Shown: positions 45,367 to 56,939, counted from the stretch's first letter. The stretch: 64,000 nucleotides of DNA from Opitutaceae bacterium (GCA_051252375.1 JBPOFY010000001.1:352001-416000); one strand, 5' to 3'. A program made the numbers and translations. The notes: generated from the letters alone by a model not told the origin.

Positions 45367-45968
45367 GGCTGGCTAGGTTCGAGTTTTTTGATCCAGAAAC
45401 TTAGAGTGTGCGATGACTCTAGCGACTGTCCGACTTCTCTCCAGTCAAATGTTGCCTGGAGCTCCGGGTGCTTAATATAGCGGCGTTTGTGCCAAAAGGA
45501 GTCCAGCGTGGTGTAGACGCTGGGACGACGCGGGTCATCTTCCGCTCGGTCGACGGCACAGAAGGCGGCATATTTGTAGCCGCAACTCACCGCTTGTGCT
45601 TCACGGGCTTCGAAAAACTGGTGGCCGATGCCTTTTCCGCGGTATTCGGGTAACAATACGGATTCACCGAGGTAGAAAACGTCTTTGATCGGGTATGGAC
45701 CTTTTAGGAAAGGTTTTTGAAAGTCGGAATCGGCTGCTGCCAGCGGTAGCCCTGTCGTTGCACCAACGATGCGTTTTCCGTCTTTGGCGATGGCGACGAT
45801 GCTCTGTGGGCAAGTCGCATACTTATCGAGGTAGTGTTGCTCGTAGGCGAGCGTGCCCTCGTAGAGATAGGGCCATTCACGGAAGACCTGAATGCGCAGT
45901 TCGGCTAAAGCTGTATTAAACGGTGTGACTGCCGTGCCGCTGTGTGCAGTGACGGTGACTTCTGGCAT
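45363..45968 (-). CDS. GNAT family N-acetyltransferase
   Basis: LRIQVFREWPYLY; ESVLLPEYRGKGIG. Confidence 0.88.
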   Translation of the reverse strand: MPEVTVTAHSGTAVTPFNTALAELRIQVFREWPYLYEGTLAYEQHYLDKYATCPQSIVAIAKDGKRIVGATTGLPLAAADSDFQKPFLKGPYPIKDVFYLGESVLLPEYRGKGIGHQFFEAREAQAVSCGYKYAAFCAVDRAEDDPRRPSVYTTLDSFWHKRRYIKHPELQATFDWREVGQSLESSHTLSFWIKKLEPSQP

Positions 45969-45969
45969 T

Positions 45970-47562
45970 TTATTTCGGTAGCTCGATCTCTGGTGCGTCG
46001 GTGAGCTCGTTGGATGTATCCAGGTTCTTGAGGTGGACCTTCATTTCAAACAGATCGGTGCGTCGGTCAAGGCGCGGTGTGACCGAGCCGGAGGCACGTG
46101 AGCGGTAGAGGTCTTCGGTGTCGATGTCGGTGACCAATAGCGTTTCTACATTGGAATCGGCAATGGCTTGGATGCCGTCGCGCGCGAATTCGAAATCCGA
46201 GGGCGTAAAGACCGCCGCCTGACCGTAGTGGATGTCCATTGCCGGGACGCTGGGGAGGTTGCCGATGATACCGGCAGTGGCGACGTAGAATTGGTTTTCG
46301 ATCGCGCGGGCTTGGGCGCAGTAGCGCACACGGAGCTGACCATGACGATCGTCGGTGCAATAAGGGACGAAGAGAATCTCGACGCCTTGATCGGCGAGGT
46401 AGCGGCTGGCTTCAGGAAATTCCACATCGTAGCAGATTTGCACGGCGATCTTTGCCTTTGGAGTCGGGAGGATGATGAGCTCATGTCCGCCTGAGATGCC
46501 CCAATATTTTTTCTCAGCAGGTGTAATGTGTAGCTTAGGCTGCGCGACGTAGCGACCGTCCGGATCGAAGATCAGGCATTCGTTTTGCAACTTGTCTTCG
46601 CGCTGGATGGGGTGACTGCCTCCGATGATATACACTCCATACTTGCTGGCCATGCGCGACATCAACTCAATGAAAGGCTCAGTAAATTCGGTCGCCAGCT
46701 TGCGGATGCCTTCGGGCGCAGAGAGCGGCTCGATGACGGAGAGTAATTGAACCGAGAAAAACTCAGGGAAGAGCACGAAGTCGGCTTTATAGTCAGCCGC
46801 AGTCTCCACGAAGTATTCTACTTGGTTGGCGAAGTCGTCGAAGTTTTTAATCTTACGCACCTTGTATTGCACACAGGCGATACGGACCTTGGAGGAAATC
46901 TCCTTTGGCACGTATTCCGGATTTAGCCATTCAATGAGGCTCGCGAGGTTGTGACTCATCGGATCGACGATGTAGTTGCGCAAAATACCACGCACGAGGA
47001 AGCCCTGCTTGAGCTGGAAGCTCAGAACGTTGTCGTGAATATCGCCGTCTTTAACTTTTTGAATATAGGCCTCGGGGGTATAGTCGTTTTCATGCGCGGC
47101 ATAGCCGGAGATACGTCCACCGGCGAGGATACGGCGTAAGTTGAGTTGTTTGCACAGGCGGCGTCGTGCTTCGTAGAGTGCGGCACCGATACCGCGACCT
47201 TGGCAGTCAGGGTCTACATAGACATCGGCACCATAGAGGGTGTCGCCATGTGGGTCGTGATTATGAAAGTAGCCACCATCGGTGATCCCACCGTAAGTAT
47301 GCGCCCGGTAAGGGTCGCGACTGCTTTGGACGATGAGTGAGGCAACCGCGCCGACAATGTGTTCGTCGACGATCGCTACGAGCTGTCCAGTGGGGAATAG
47401 CCTGAGGTGGTTTTGCAACTGGCGTTCGCTCCAGACAACATTTTCTTCCGCCATCAGCGGGAAGGCTTTTTTGTTTAATTCGATTAGGTGAGGGATGTCC
47501 TCGTGTTCAACCTGACGAATGAGTACTGGACCTAACTTACCTTGTAATGTGAATGGAGACAT
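45970..47562 (-). CDS. Bifunctional GNAT acetyltransferase / carbon-nitrogen hydrolase
   Basis: GNAT VDPDCQGRGIG; nitrilase triad FPEFF, KLH, ICYDVEFPE. Confidence 0.9.
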   Translation of the reverse strand: MSPFTLQGKLGPVLIRQVEHEDIPHLIELNKKAFPLMAEENVVWSERQLQNHLRLFPTGQLVAIVDEHIVGAVASLIVQSSRDPYRAHTYGGITDGGYFHNHDPHGDTLYGADVYVDPDCQGRGIGAALYEARRRLCKQLNLRRILAGGRISGYAAHENDYTPEAYIQKVKDGDIHDNVLSFQLKQGFLVRGILRNYIVDPMSHNLASLIEWLNPEYVPKEISSKVRIACVQYKVRKIKNFDDFANQVEYFVETAADYKADFVLFPEFFSVQLLSVIEPLSAPEGIRKLATEFTEPFIELMSRMASKYGVYIIGGSHPIQREDKLQNECLIFDPDGRYVAQPKLHITPAEKKYWGISGGHELIILPTPKAKIAVQICYDVEFPEASRYLADQGVEILFVPYCTDDRHGQLRVRYCAQARAIENQFYVATAGIIGNLPSVPAMDIHYGQAAVFTPSDFEFARDGIQAIADSNVETLLVTDIDTEDLYRSRASGSVTPRLDRRTDLFEMKVHLKNLDTSNELTDAPEIELPK

Positions 47563-47643
47563 TGATATAGTTTCGTGATCTTTTGCCTGACGTCAAGTGG
47601 TGCAAAAGGTCTCGCCAAAATAGTTTTGCTTAGGCATCCAAGG

Positions 47644-48276
47644 ATGTATATGGGAATTGAAATCGCATTTGTTGTTATGCTAGCCATTGGGTTGGCGGTA
47701 TTTTTTTGGATTATTGTTCGCAATTCATCGCGTAAAATTTGCCAGCAATATGAAAAAATGGCCTACCATTTAAGGATAAAAATGACGGAGCCAGAGCCTC
47801 AGATGCTTGCGTTTATTCGTCCGGAGCCATTCGTTCACGGCGTCTATCGTGACCGCGCGCTATCCATTTCTGTGCCGGGTAAGGGGCTGCAAGGCACACG
47901 GCAAATTGAAACCACTCTGAAAGTCGAAGTGGCAGATAAGAAAATCGCCTGGCAGATGACGGCGAAAAGCTTTCTTTCCGGAATGAGCCAACGCGATAGC
48001 GAAGGTATGGAGCGTTGGAAGAGTGAAAATAACATTTTTGATCTCGCGATGGATGTGCGGACCAATGAGCCCTCCCGTTTGAGCCGGATTTTGCACGACG
48101 ATCGTTTGGAAGAAATCAGCGCTGTGCTTAAGGGGGCGAAGGCGAGCATTTATCTCGGCAACGGGATGATGGTTTATACCAAATTCGGGCTCATAGCAGA
48201 TGATCGGGAACGCGAACGGTTTATCAAAGTAGCCGAGCTCTTTTGCGATTTGGCCGAAGTGATTGAAGGCCGTTGA
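47644..48276 (+). CDS. Hypothetical protein with an N-terminal TM anchor
   Basis: ORF with a single hydrophobic helix. Confidence 0.7.
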   Translation: MYMGIEIAFVVMLAIGLAVFFWIIVRNSSRKICQQYEKMAYHLRIKMTEPEPQMLAFIRPEPFVHGVYRDRALSISVPGKGLQGTRQIETTLKVEVADKKIAWQMTAKSFLSGMSQRDSEGMERWKSENNIFDLAMDVRTNEPSRLSRILHDDRLEEISAVLKGAKASIYLGNGMMVYTKFGLIADDRERERFIKVAELFCDLAEVIEGR

Positions 48277-48352
48277 CCAGGCACATTACTTGAAAATGAC
48301 CCCTCCTAGATATAGTTTCTAATAAATCACCCCGCCCATCGTCTTACTTAGT

Positions 48353-49804
48353 ATGAAACAATCAATTGCACCCCTTTCGGTTCTTCTTTTCGCCTCGATT
48401 GCTTCAGCGCAGCCGGCGATCACCGTATACAACGAAAACTTCGGAGTCGTGCGCGACACCGTTGCCCTGGATCTGACCGCTGGTATCAGCGACGTCAGTT
48501 ATAGCGGGGTCACCGCTCAGCTGGAGCCCGAGTCCGTGATCTTGCGCGACCCATCCGGCAATGTGAACCTACGTGTGGTCGAGCAGAGCTACCGCGGCGA
48601 TCCCGTGGATCAGGAAAGACTCCTGCAAATGTTTGAAGGGCAGACCATCGACTTTTACAAAACGCTTGATGGTAAAGAAGTCGTCGTCAAAGGTCGTATC
48701 ATCCGTGCGCCCTCTACAGTGATGACCAAGAACCAGTATGGCAACATGCAGCAGAAGCGACTGGAGCCGATCGTCGAGGTCGACGGCAAGCTGGTCACCA
48801 TGCTGCCAGGTATTCCTTTGTTCCCCAGCCTAGGTAACGATTCGGTCCTCGAGCCAACGCTTACCTGGAAGCTGCATTCCGATCGCAGCTCAAATTTCGA
48901 TGCACAGCTCAGCTATTTAACCAATGGCATGTCCTGGAAGGCGGATTATAACCTCGTGCTGCCGGAAACTGGCGACGATGTGACGCTCACCGGTTGGGTC
49001 TCGGTCGAAAATAACACAGGTAAAACTTTCGAGAACGCGACGATCAAGCTGATCGCGGGCGACGTCAATAAGGTCCAAACCGCACAACCCGTTCGCCGAG
49101 AGAAGGTCTATGCCATGGCAATGGCTGATGCAGCACCGGCACCACAAGTCGAAGCGAAGAAGTTCGATGAATTTCATATGTATTCGTTGCCCCTCGCCAC
49201 CACTTTGCGTGACAGTGAGACCAAGCAAGTGGAATTTGTCCGCGCCGAAAATGTAAAGACCAAGAAGCTCTATATCTACGATGGATCCGGCGACAGACGT
49301 TTCTACGGTAGCCTCAATGTGAACCAGAACTACGGCCAAAATACTAAGCCCGACGTCGCCATTTATCGCGAAATTTTAAACTCTGAAGAAAACGGACTCG
49401 GCGTCGCGCTGCCTGCCGGTCGCATGCGCTTCTATCGCATGGATGACGATGGACAGATGGAATTTACCGGCGAAAACACCATCGATCACACGCCAAAGAA
49501 CGAGACCATCCGCGTCTATTTGGGCAACGCTTTCGACATCGTCGGTGAGCGCAAACGCACGAATTTCTTCACCCACAAGACGCAAGATATGATACTCGAG
49601 ACTTTCGAGGTCGAAGTGCGTAATCGCGGCGAAGAAGCGGTCACCGTGCAAATCGTCGAGCACATGAGCCGCTGGTCGAATTGGGAAATTCAAAAGCCTA
49701 GCCACGATTTTGAAAAGACCGATGCGCAAACCATTGAATTTCCGATAGACGTGCCAGCCGATGGCACAGTCACGGTGACTTATACAGTCGAGTATACCTG
49801 GTAG
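48353..49804 (+). CDS. DUF4139/DUF4140 domain secreted protein
   Basis: [40 protein letters not shown]. Confidence 0.85.
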   Translation: MKQSIAPLSVLLFASIASAQPAITVYNENFGVVRDTVALDLTAGISDVSYSGVTAQLEPESVILRDPSGNVNLRVVEQSYRGDPVDQERLLQMFEGQTIDFYKTLDGKEVVVKGRIIRAPSTVMTKNQYGNMQQKRLEPIVEVDGKLVTMLPGIPLFPSLGNDSVLEPTLTWKLHSDRSSNFDAQLSYLTNGMSWKADYNLVLPETGDDVTLTGWVSVENNTGKTFENATIKLIAGDVNKVQTAQPVRREKVYAMAMADAAPAPQVEAKKFDEFHMYSLPLATTLRDSETKQVEFVRAENVKTKKLYIYDGSGDRRFYGSLNVNQNYGQNTKPDVAIYREILNSEENGLGVALPAGRMRFYRMDDDGQMEFTGENTIDHTPKNETIRVYLGNAFDIVGERKRTNFFTHKTQDMILETFEVEVRNRGEEAVTVQIVEHMSRWSNWEIQKPSHDFEKTDAQTIEFPIDVPADGTVTVTYTVEYTW

Positions 49805-49815
49805 GGAAACGCAGG

Positions 49816-50397
49816 CTAAGCCTTGGCTGCTTGGTAGATGGCGTCCAACGCCGCAAAGTCCTCGTCGCGGGAAGCGCTGAGGATGGTGTGATCGTATTGA
49901 TCGCTTTGCTCCATCTCTTCGAGGGCGACTTTCATGCGGCGTTGCACTTCGTCTTCAGCGTCGGTGCCGCGCCCGCGTAGGCGGTTCTCCAGCTCTTCGA
50001 CGCTGGGTGGCATGATGAAGACTGTGATGACATTACCTTTCAGCAGCGGATCTTGATTTGCCGTTTCACGCATTTGCGCCGCGCCTTGCACGTCGATATT
50101 GAGCAATAGGTCTGTGCCGGCTGCTAGCTTGTCTTGCACCTCACTTTTGAGGGTGCCGTAGAGATTGCTGTGCACGTGGGCGTATTCGTAGAAAGCGCCC
50201 GCTTCGATCTTAGCTTTGAATGTGTCGTGATCGAAAAAGTAATAGTCCACCGTATCGACTTCGCCGCCGCGTGGCTGGCGGGTGGTGGAGGTGACGACGC
50301 GCTCTATCTGTGGGCGCTCGGTCAGCATGCGGTCGCAAAGGGTCGTCTTCCCGCTGCCAGCGGGACCTGATACGATGATGAGCAGACCGGATTTCAC
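49816..50397 (-). CDS. gmk: Guanylate kinase
   Basis: [38 protein letters not shown]. Confidence 0.96.
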   Translation of the reverse strand: MKSGLLIIVSGPAGSGKTTLCDRMLTERPQIERVVTSTTRQPRGGEVDTVDYYFFDHDTFKAKIEAGAFYEYAHVHSNLYGTLKSEVQDKLAAGTDLLLNIDVQGAAQMRETANQDPLLKGNVITVFIMPPSVEELENRLRGRGTDAEDEVQRRMKVALEEMEQSDQYDHTILSASRDEDFAALDAIYQAAKA

Positions 50398-50403
50398 GAA
50401 GAT

Positions 50404-50940
50404 CTAGTAAGTAAAGGCGACCCCGACGAGCAGGAGGCCATAAGCGGCAAAGACGCCACCGAAGACTTTAGGGCGCTTTTCAGATTTGTAGAGCCAGCTG
50501 AGGAAGTCGCGCAGTTTGTAGGGGCTCGCTCCGAGAATCAGCGATGCGACGATACAGATGTAAACGAAAGTAACGAGGAACAGGCGCGCTTGCGGCAGCT
50601 GCATGTAGGCCGCGTCGAGTAGGACACCGGCGAGCAGCAGTGTTAGTGCGGCTAGACCACGCACCGCGAGGAAGTCCGGCACATAGTAGAAGGAACCGAC
50701 GGCGACGCCAAGAAAGAGCAGGAAGAGCAATTTTTTATACTGCCCGAAATCAGCTGGACCGAGGTGCATGACCTTGTAAAGGAACCATGCCGTCGCGATC
50801 CCCATGAGGACGTAGGCTGCAAGGGTCGAGCGGGGGAAGGCTTGTGCGCTTTTTGCCGTAGCCATGCCGTGCCAAAGGAAATGCGCACCAAAAGCGATGA
50901 GGAAAATCCCGGTGAAGAGTGTGGCTTGGAAAAGTGTCAT
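50404..50940 (-). CDS. Hypothetical multi-pass membrane protein
   Basis: About 6 TM helices; co-oriented with gmk. Confidence 0.75.
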   Translation of the reverse strand: MTLFQATLFTGIFLIAFGAHFLWHGMATAKSAQAFPRSTLAAYVLMGIATAWFLYKVMHLGPADFGQYKKLLFLLFLGVAVGSFYYVPDFLAVRGLAALTLLLAGVLLDAAYMQLPQARLFLVTFVYICIVASLILGASPYKLRDFLSWLYKSEKRPKVFGGVFAAYGLLLVGVAFTY

Positions 50941-50951
50941 AAATAAATGCC

Positions 50952-50993
50952 TAATCGGTAATGATTAATAGGTAATGGGTAATGACTAATGCG
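50952..50993. repeat. Six tandem TAATnnn heptamers
   Basis: TAATCGG TAATGAT TAATAGG TAATGGG TAATGAC TAATGCG. Confidence 0.8.
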
Positions 50994-51060
50994 GAAGGTG
51001 GAAGGAAAAAAGCGAAGTCTGCATTTGTCAGAGCAGAGAAACCGCTACAAAAGTCTTTGG

Positions 51061-51723
51061 ATGGATTTACACTTAGCAGGTTCCGTTCAGCCGATAGATT
51101 TGATCGTATTTGATTGCGACGGGGTGTTGCTCGAGTCGATGGCGGCCAAGATACAGGCCTTCAGCGAGTGGGTGCCTGAGGCGCATGCCTCCCGCCGCGA
51201 TGACTTTATGAAACGAGTCATGGATGGCTTCGGCAAGTCGCGAACCTATCATATCCAAAGCTTTTACACTGATATTATAGGTCAATCGCCCCTGCCGGAG
51301 TTTATCGAAGCGGAAGTGGCCCGCTTTACCGACATTTGCGAACCACTCTGCGCGGTGGCGGATTGGCGAGTGGGTTCGAAAGAGTTTGTTGAAGCCTGCC
51401 AGGCAGCGGGCATTCCGCGTTATGTCCTCTCGGGCACCCCTCAAGCGCCATTGGAGGAGATGTTGGAGTCAACCGGTGCCGCGCCATTATTCGACGTCAT
51501 CATCGGTTCGCCCCCCGCGAAACCAGAAAGCCTGACCCGGATCCTTGCGGAAACTAAAATACCTGCTGAACGCACGGTCTTCGTCGGTGATGCCAATGCC
51601 GACCATGAGGCAGCGCTACACGTGGGCGCGCACTTTGTGTATTTCCCATCTGAGGCCAATCCGCCTATCGCACCAACCCCGACAGTGGTTACGGATTTGC
51701 GGCAGCTATTGGTTCATCGATGA
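51061..51723 (+). CDS. HAD family hydrolase
   Basis: [20 protein letters not shown]. Confidence 0.88.
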   Translation: MDLHLAGSVQPIDLIVFDCDGVLLESMAAKIQAFSEWVPEAHASRRDDFMKRVMDGFGKSRTYHIQSFYTDIIGQSPLPEFIEAEVARFTDICEPLCAVADWRVGSKEFVEACQAAGIPRYVLSGTPQAPLEEMLESTGAAPLFDVIIGSPPAKPESLTRILAETKIPAERTVFVGDANADHEAALHVGAHFVYFPSEANPPIAPTPTVVTDLRQLLVHR

Positions 51724-51932
51724 GCCTTGCCTGTCCGAGAGGGCTTTGGCTTCTAATGTTGCGGCGTGATAAGTTTAGTAATGCTAATTATGGTGCGGTA
51801 GCATACAGGCTTAGTCGTTAAGCGTTGCGGCTAAGTTCTTAAACTTGTTAGGTTCACGTTTCGTGAATGTAGCTCGCTACTACTGTGGAGTGTTTTACGG
51901 AGAGATTAAAAAACTAACCATCCGACAGCTTT

Positions 51933-54900
51933 ATGGATAAATCGCAGAACACCACCTTCGACAAAAACGTGAATTTTCGTTTTAACAAACACCTTGCCCT
52001 TGGTCTTTCGTGCCTGCTTTCGCTGAGTGCGGTCGGCAATGCGGCGATTACGGCAACAGGTGATACGTCGCCTGCACCAGGGGATGGGTTCTGGGGTGCG
52101 GGAGGTGATCCTGTTGATAGCTATACGAATATCGCGATCGGGGACACGACTGTCTCAGGCGGTTCGGTAACGGGCAGCTTGACTGTTGATGGTGGTTCGA
52201 CGCTGGATACTGGTGAAGGGGTTATAGGTAGCGACGCGGGAACCTACGGGGCGGCGACCGTTTCGGGGTTGGGCTCGACTTGGAAGGTCAACAAGGATCC
52301 TAGTGACGAAGTTAGTGATTGGGCGATTGTTGTCGGTAGTGATGGTAAGGGCGAATTGACTATTGAGTCGTCTGCTGCAGTCACCGCGCTGAATATGTTT
52401 ATCGCCGATTCGACCACAGGTGATGGCACCGTTTTGGTTGATTCAAGCGCAACATTGGCTGTCGGTGAAGACATCGAGGTCGGCTATGAAAATACTGCTT
52501 CGATGACCGTGAAAGATTCTGCAGTGGTGGACACGTATTCGCTTACTGTTGGTGTGGAGTCGACCGCAAACGGCATATTAACGGTAACTGATGATGGCAC
52601 TCTGAATGCAAATGTAGAGCAAGTCGGGGTGACCTATGCAGATCCTGCAAAGTTTATTGTTGGTGAATTTGGCACAGGGACGATGAATGTCACCGATGGC
52701 GGTGTCGTGAATAGCGGTGCCGCAAGCATTGGTTTAGAGTCAGGTTCCACAGGCACTGTGACCGTAGGCGGCTCTGGGGCTGCCGCGAGCTGGAATGTCG
52801 CGGGCGATCTTGGTATCGGCGCAGAGGGCACTGGCACATTGACTTTGGCTGCTGATGGCACGGTGGATGTTGACGGCGCTACTGAATTAAGTGCCGACGG
52901 CGGTATGGGCAGCGTGGTCTTTAGCGGAGGCACTTTGAACACCGGCACATTAGGAGCGGATGTTTCAGATTTGAGCGGCACCGGCACGATTAACACCTCC
53001 GGCCTTGCGGGGCTTCTGAGTAAGGTGACCTTTACCTCAGATAATATGTATTCGGAAACGCTTACAAGTGGCGGTCCTACTTCGGTGGCAGTTAATGTGA
53101 CTGCTGATGGTAATGGTAGCCTCTACAATGTAGATTTTGATGCGATAGGACCTTCAGGGGGGCAGGACCCCATTCCTGTTGTGGTAGCCTTTGAGAATGT
53201 TGGACTTGGAGATGGTGTTGGTATCACAAATTCAGGATTGGTTGATAGTTCGCTGGTTACCTTTGCTGTGTCAGGGGATCTGGATGTTGGGTTTGAAGGG
53301 ACTGGCGATTTGACTGTGTCTAATGGCGCTGCTGTGACTGCGGACGGTGTATCAATTGGTGCGGAGAGCACGGGAATTGGCACAGTCACTGTGTCTGGTT
53401 TAGGTTCTAGCATGATCTTAGCCGATACGCTCTATGTCGGTGAATCTGGCGAGGGTGATCTGGAGATAAACACTTTAGCCGCAGTCTCTGCGAACACTGT
53501 GCATATCGGTAAGAATGACAGTTCTAGTGGTGAAATTCTAGTGGATGCTGCGACGCTGAATGTTACGGGAGATCTGACACTTGGGCTGAGCGGCAATGGC
53601 TACGGTGGACTCGAAATCAGTAACGCGGGCGTGGTTTCTGTAGGCGGCACGACTCAAGCGGTGAATGGCACCATCGGTTTTGGTGCTGGAGATAATGGTG
53701 TGCTTAATACTGGTAACCTCGTGCTCAACGACATCGATGACTTAGAGGGCACTGGCACGATCAACACCAATGGTATCAATCAATTCAACGGAGGCATTAT
53801 CACAGCGATCTTTGATGGAGATAATGCCAACGAGCAGCTTTACTCTCAAAATTTAGCCACTTCGTATGAAGTTGAAGGTAGTCCTGGCACATTCGTGAAT
53901 GGCACGGTTGCAGTTAATTTAACCGCAAATGGTGACGGTGATTTGACAGATGTGAACCTCGTCGTGCGTGATGGCGCGAACGTCTCTTTTAATCATGTCG
54001 ATTTAGGTAACTCCAGTAGTCCGAATAATTCGGCTTTAGTGACTGGGGGAAGTCAGTTGAATGTAATCGAGACCTCAATAGGAGTTAATGGTGACGCTAT
54101 CCTAACAGTCGACCAAGGTAGTTACTTAAATGCGTTTGGTGCTGGGGATGGCCAGAATACAGATGGGTTGATTACTCTTGGCGAAAGTGTTGGGAATTCT
54201 GGCACTTTATTAGTGCAAAATGACAGTTGGGTGGGCGTAGATATCTTAGAGGTTGGAGAGTTTGGTAGCGGATATGTAGAGATTTCTGGCGGAAGTTCTG
54301 TCGCATCGAAACGTCATGTTGAAATTGGATCTGATGGGAGCGTGTTGGTTACAGGTCTGTGGTCTGAGTTATCTGCGACTGGTGCAATAGGAATAACTGT
54401 GGCGGATCAGGGCTTATTGCAGGTGAGAAATTTTGGTGTCGTGAACGTAATTCAGGGGAGCAGGCTTACCGTAAACGATGGAGCTGAGGTGAGATTGTCT
54501 AATGGAACGATTAACACCCACACATTAGAATCTTCAGACCTTGGAGCATTCACCGGCAGTGGAACGATCAATGCAGATGGAATCGTGGATTTGTTTGATA
54601 CGATCACTTTTGACGGCACGAATACTTTTAACACCACGCTCGCGGGAGGGGATATTGATCTGAATGTAACTGCGTCGGGCGCAGGGCATTTTGATGTTGA
54701 AGAAATTAATATCATTAATGGTGCGGATACTCGTGCCGCATCTGTGCGTGTGGACCGTTTGTTAATCGAGGGTGCAGGTTCTCGTTTGGGAAGTTTATCT
54801 TTAGGGACTGGAACAGTTCGGACACTACAGGAGCTCGATATTAATGGCGGAGCTCAATTAGAACTTGGGTCTCTTTACATACATAGTGGTTACGGCGTGG

Positions 54901-55886
54901 TTGAAGGGGCTGGTTCACGCATTGACTTGCTTGGTCCTTTTTGGGTTGGCGTGGGAAGTAATCCGACCGCTGAATTATTTATTGAAGATGGTGCGGCCGT
55001 TACAGCGGGAGTAGTTGTCATTAATAATGCTGCTGGAACAGGTGAGGTTGAGGTCGAAGTCGTCGATGCGGGAACTTCGTTATCTGCCATGGGTAGTATT
55101 ATAATCGGTCCGAATGGCGGCACTGCGGATCTGAATATTCGTGGCGGCGCGACGGTTTCCGCTGGAGATGATATTGTGATTGGCACGGATGCAGTCGTGA
55201 ACCTCACCGTTTATGGTGATAATCAGTTGAATGCGGGCACGGACGGGGATGGCGGCATTCAGAATGATGGTGTGGTAAATATCTTTGCTTACGCGGACCT
55301 TGCTGCTGGCGTTTACACACCGGTTACGGTTGGTAGCAGCACTGGTGCGATCGCTGGTTCAGGTGATTACAATGCTTTCGGTGGCACTTTCAACGTCGCG
55401 ACTGGAACCTTTACTGTTAGCGCATTGGTGGATGGGAGTGCTGGTTTTACGAATCAAGATTTGAGTGGGTTACGTGCAAATTTTGACAGTGGTGACCTAG
55501 TCGTGAATTTTGCTGAAGGTGCAGATAGCTCTGCGAGCTTCAGCGCGATGGAGATCACTGACGTGAGTTCAATTGGCGGTTTTGGCGCACTTCAAGTGTA
55601 TGGGTTTACCACAGACATGGTTTTCGGAGTGGACGAGCAAGTGCTTCTGTCCTTCTTCGTTGGAGAAGGGTTGGATGGCGAAACTTTTGAATTCTGGCAC
55701 CGTGCAACTGCAGGTAGCGAATGGACCTTACTCGATCCAGATGTCGCTAGCTACGTAGATGGTTGGGTGAACTTCACCGTTACTGGTTTCAGTGACTACG
55801 CCATTACGGTTCCTGAGCCACAAACCTATGCGCTGATTTTTGGAGCATGCGCGTTGGGTTTAGCGATGATTCGCCGCCGTCGCTAA
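51933..55886 (+). CDS. Large PEP-CTERM surface protein with T5SS/PEP-CTERM-associated Gly-rich repeats
   Basis: Signal peptide; many VG..G.G.L.+..GG.V repeats; C-terminal VPEPQTYALIFGACALGLAMIRRRR. Confidence 0.92.
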   Translation: MDKSQNTTFDKNVNFRFNKHLALGLSCLLSLSAVGNAAITATGDTSPAPGDGFWGAGGDPVDSYTNIAIGDTTVSGGSVTGSLTVDGGSTLDTGEGVIGSDAGTYGAATVSGLGSTWKVNKDPSDEVSDWAIVVGSDGKGELTIESSAAVTALNMFIADSTTGDGTVLVDSSATLAVGEDIEVGYENTASMTVKDSAVVDTYSLTVGVESTANGILTVTDDGTLNANVEQVGVTYADPAKFIVGEFGTGTMNVTDGGVVNSGAASIGLESGSTGTVTVGGSGAAASWNVAGDLGIGAEGTGTLTLAADGTVDVDGATELSADGGMGSVVFSGGTLNTGTLGADVSDLSGTGTINTSGLAGLLSKVTFTSDNMYSETLTSGGPTSVAVNVTADGNGSLYNVDFDAIGPSGGQDPIPVVVAFENVGLGDGVGITNSGLVDSSLVTFAVSGDLDVGFEGTGDLTVSNGAAVTADGVSIGAESTGIGTVTVSGLGSSMILADTLYVGESGEGDLEINTLAAVSANTVHIGKNDSSSGEILVDAATLNVTGDLTLGLSGNGYGGLEISNAGVVSVGGTTQAVNGTIGFGAGDNGVLNTGNLVLNDIDDLEGTGTINTNGINQFNGGIITAIFDGDNANEQLYSQNLATSYEVEGSPGTFVNGTVAVNLTANGDGDLTDVNLVVRDGANVSFNHVDLGNSSSPNNSALVTGGSQLNVIETSIGVNGDAILTVDQGSYLNAFGAGDGQNTDGLITLGESVGNSGTLLVQNDSWVGVDILEVGEFGSGYVEISGGSSVASKRHVEIGSDGSVLVTGLWSELSATGAIGITVADQGLLQVRNFGVVNVIQGSRLTVNDGAEVRLSNGTINTHTLESSDLGAFTGSGTINADGIVDLFDTITFDGTNTFNTTLAGGDIDLNVTASGAGHFDVEEINIINGADTRAASVRVDRLLIEGAGSRLGSLSLGTGTVRTLQELDINGGAQLELGSLYIHSGYGVVEGAGSRIDLLGPFWVGVGSNPTAELFIEDGAAVTAGVVVINNAAGTGEVEVEVVDAGTSLSAMGSIIIGPNGGTADLNIRGGATVSAGDDIVIGTDAVVNLTVYGDNQLNAGTDGDGGIQNDGVVNIFAYADLAAGVYTPVTVGSSTGAIAGSGDYNAFGGTFNVATGTFTVSALVDGSAGFTNQDLSGLRANFDSGDLVVNFAEGADSSASFSAMEITDVSSIGGFGALQVYGFTTDMVFGVDEQVLLSFFVGEGLDGETFEFWHRATAGSEWTLLDPDVASYVDGWVNFTVTGFSDYAITVPEPQTYALIFGACALGLAMIRRRR

Positions 55887-55947
55887 ATCATGTCCTTCGA
55901 TTCAGGAGAGTTCCTCGGGCGCAGTCGTGCTGGTTCACTATTAATCT

Positions 55948-56880
55948 ATGAGCCTATCAAAGAGGGGAATTGATTCTGATCCTGTAAGGATGAAGAGTAA
56001 GCGTTGGCATTTACCATTGGGCTATCGAGTCCGGCCACGCACGCTTCTGTTTTTTATTGGGGGCTCTGTCGGTGTGACTGCCGTGGTGATTTGCCTTCCG
56101 CTCTATTTATATTTACGTGATTTAAAACAGGGGATGCCTGCGGCTCTGATACCGCCATCGCTAACTGTAAAAGTGGAGTCTCCTGATGACCTGCCTTTGC
56201 TTGTTCCCCCACTTGCGGATGAGGGGGGAGCTGAAATTGAAGAATGGACGTTGGATCGCATTTTGAAAAAGCATCAGAAAGTGACCGGGCTTATCGATAC
56301 GCAAAGTGTGCTTCTCTTTGGAACTTATAAAGAAGATGGGCGCGTGTTTGAGATGACACTTGCTGCGAAAGCGCCGAATCGAATTCGTAAAATGCTAAAA
56401 GATGCGGCTGTTGTGATTACTTGTATTTTCGATGGTGAAGTTGCGCGCGTTGAAGTGAAGCGAGGTGAGGAGCAAGTGTCGCAAGTCCTAGATGATCTTT
56501 TGTATGCGCGTGCGGTGGTTCTTGAGGGGGCATTGCTTTCGCTTAGTAAGGCTGTGGGCGACGTGAAGGCGCAGTATCATTTAGGGAAGAACCAAGTGTA
56601 TGATGGCCATGATTGCTGGACCATTGTGAGTCTTATTGAAGGGGGGGCGGTAATAAATCATTTGATCGATAGTGATAGCGGTTATGAACGGGCGCGTTAT
56701 TGTGATCTGACCGTGGATGGGCAAGCGCACCAAATATCCTTACACTACTCTGATTACAGGCCTGTGGGTGCGTTTCATTACCCTCATGCATATATACTCA
56801 AGATAGACGGAGACGTTCGCGGCTTGGCTAGCATCGAATCGATTAAGTATAATTCGGGACTCATGCCTTGGATGTTTTAG
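55948..56880 (+). CDS. Hypothetical protein, possibly LolA-like beta-sheet periplasmic domain
   Basis: TM anchor, then TLDRILKKH...AKAPNRIR...YSDYRPVGAFHYP...N.GL..WMF. Confidence 0.55.
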   Translation: MSLSKRGIDSDPVRMKSKRWHLPLGYRVRPRTLLFFIGGSVGVTAVVICLPLYLYLRDLKQGMPAALIPPSLTVKVESPDDLPLLVPPLADEGGAEIEEWTLDRILKKHQKVTGLIDTQSVLLFGTYKEDGRVFEMTLAAKAPNRIRKMLKDAAVVITCIFDGEVARVEVKRGEEQVSQVLDDLLYARAVVLEGALLSLSKAVGDVKAQYHLGKNQVYDGHDCWTIVSLIEGGAVINHLIDSDSGYERARYCDLTVDGQAHQISLHYSDYRPVGAFHYPHAYILKIDGDVRGLASIESIKYNSGLMPWMF

Positions 56881-56939
56881 CCTGCAGAGGGGGTATCGCA
56901 GAGGTCAAATATTCAATCGTCACCGAGTAGTTTGCATGC

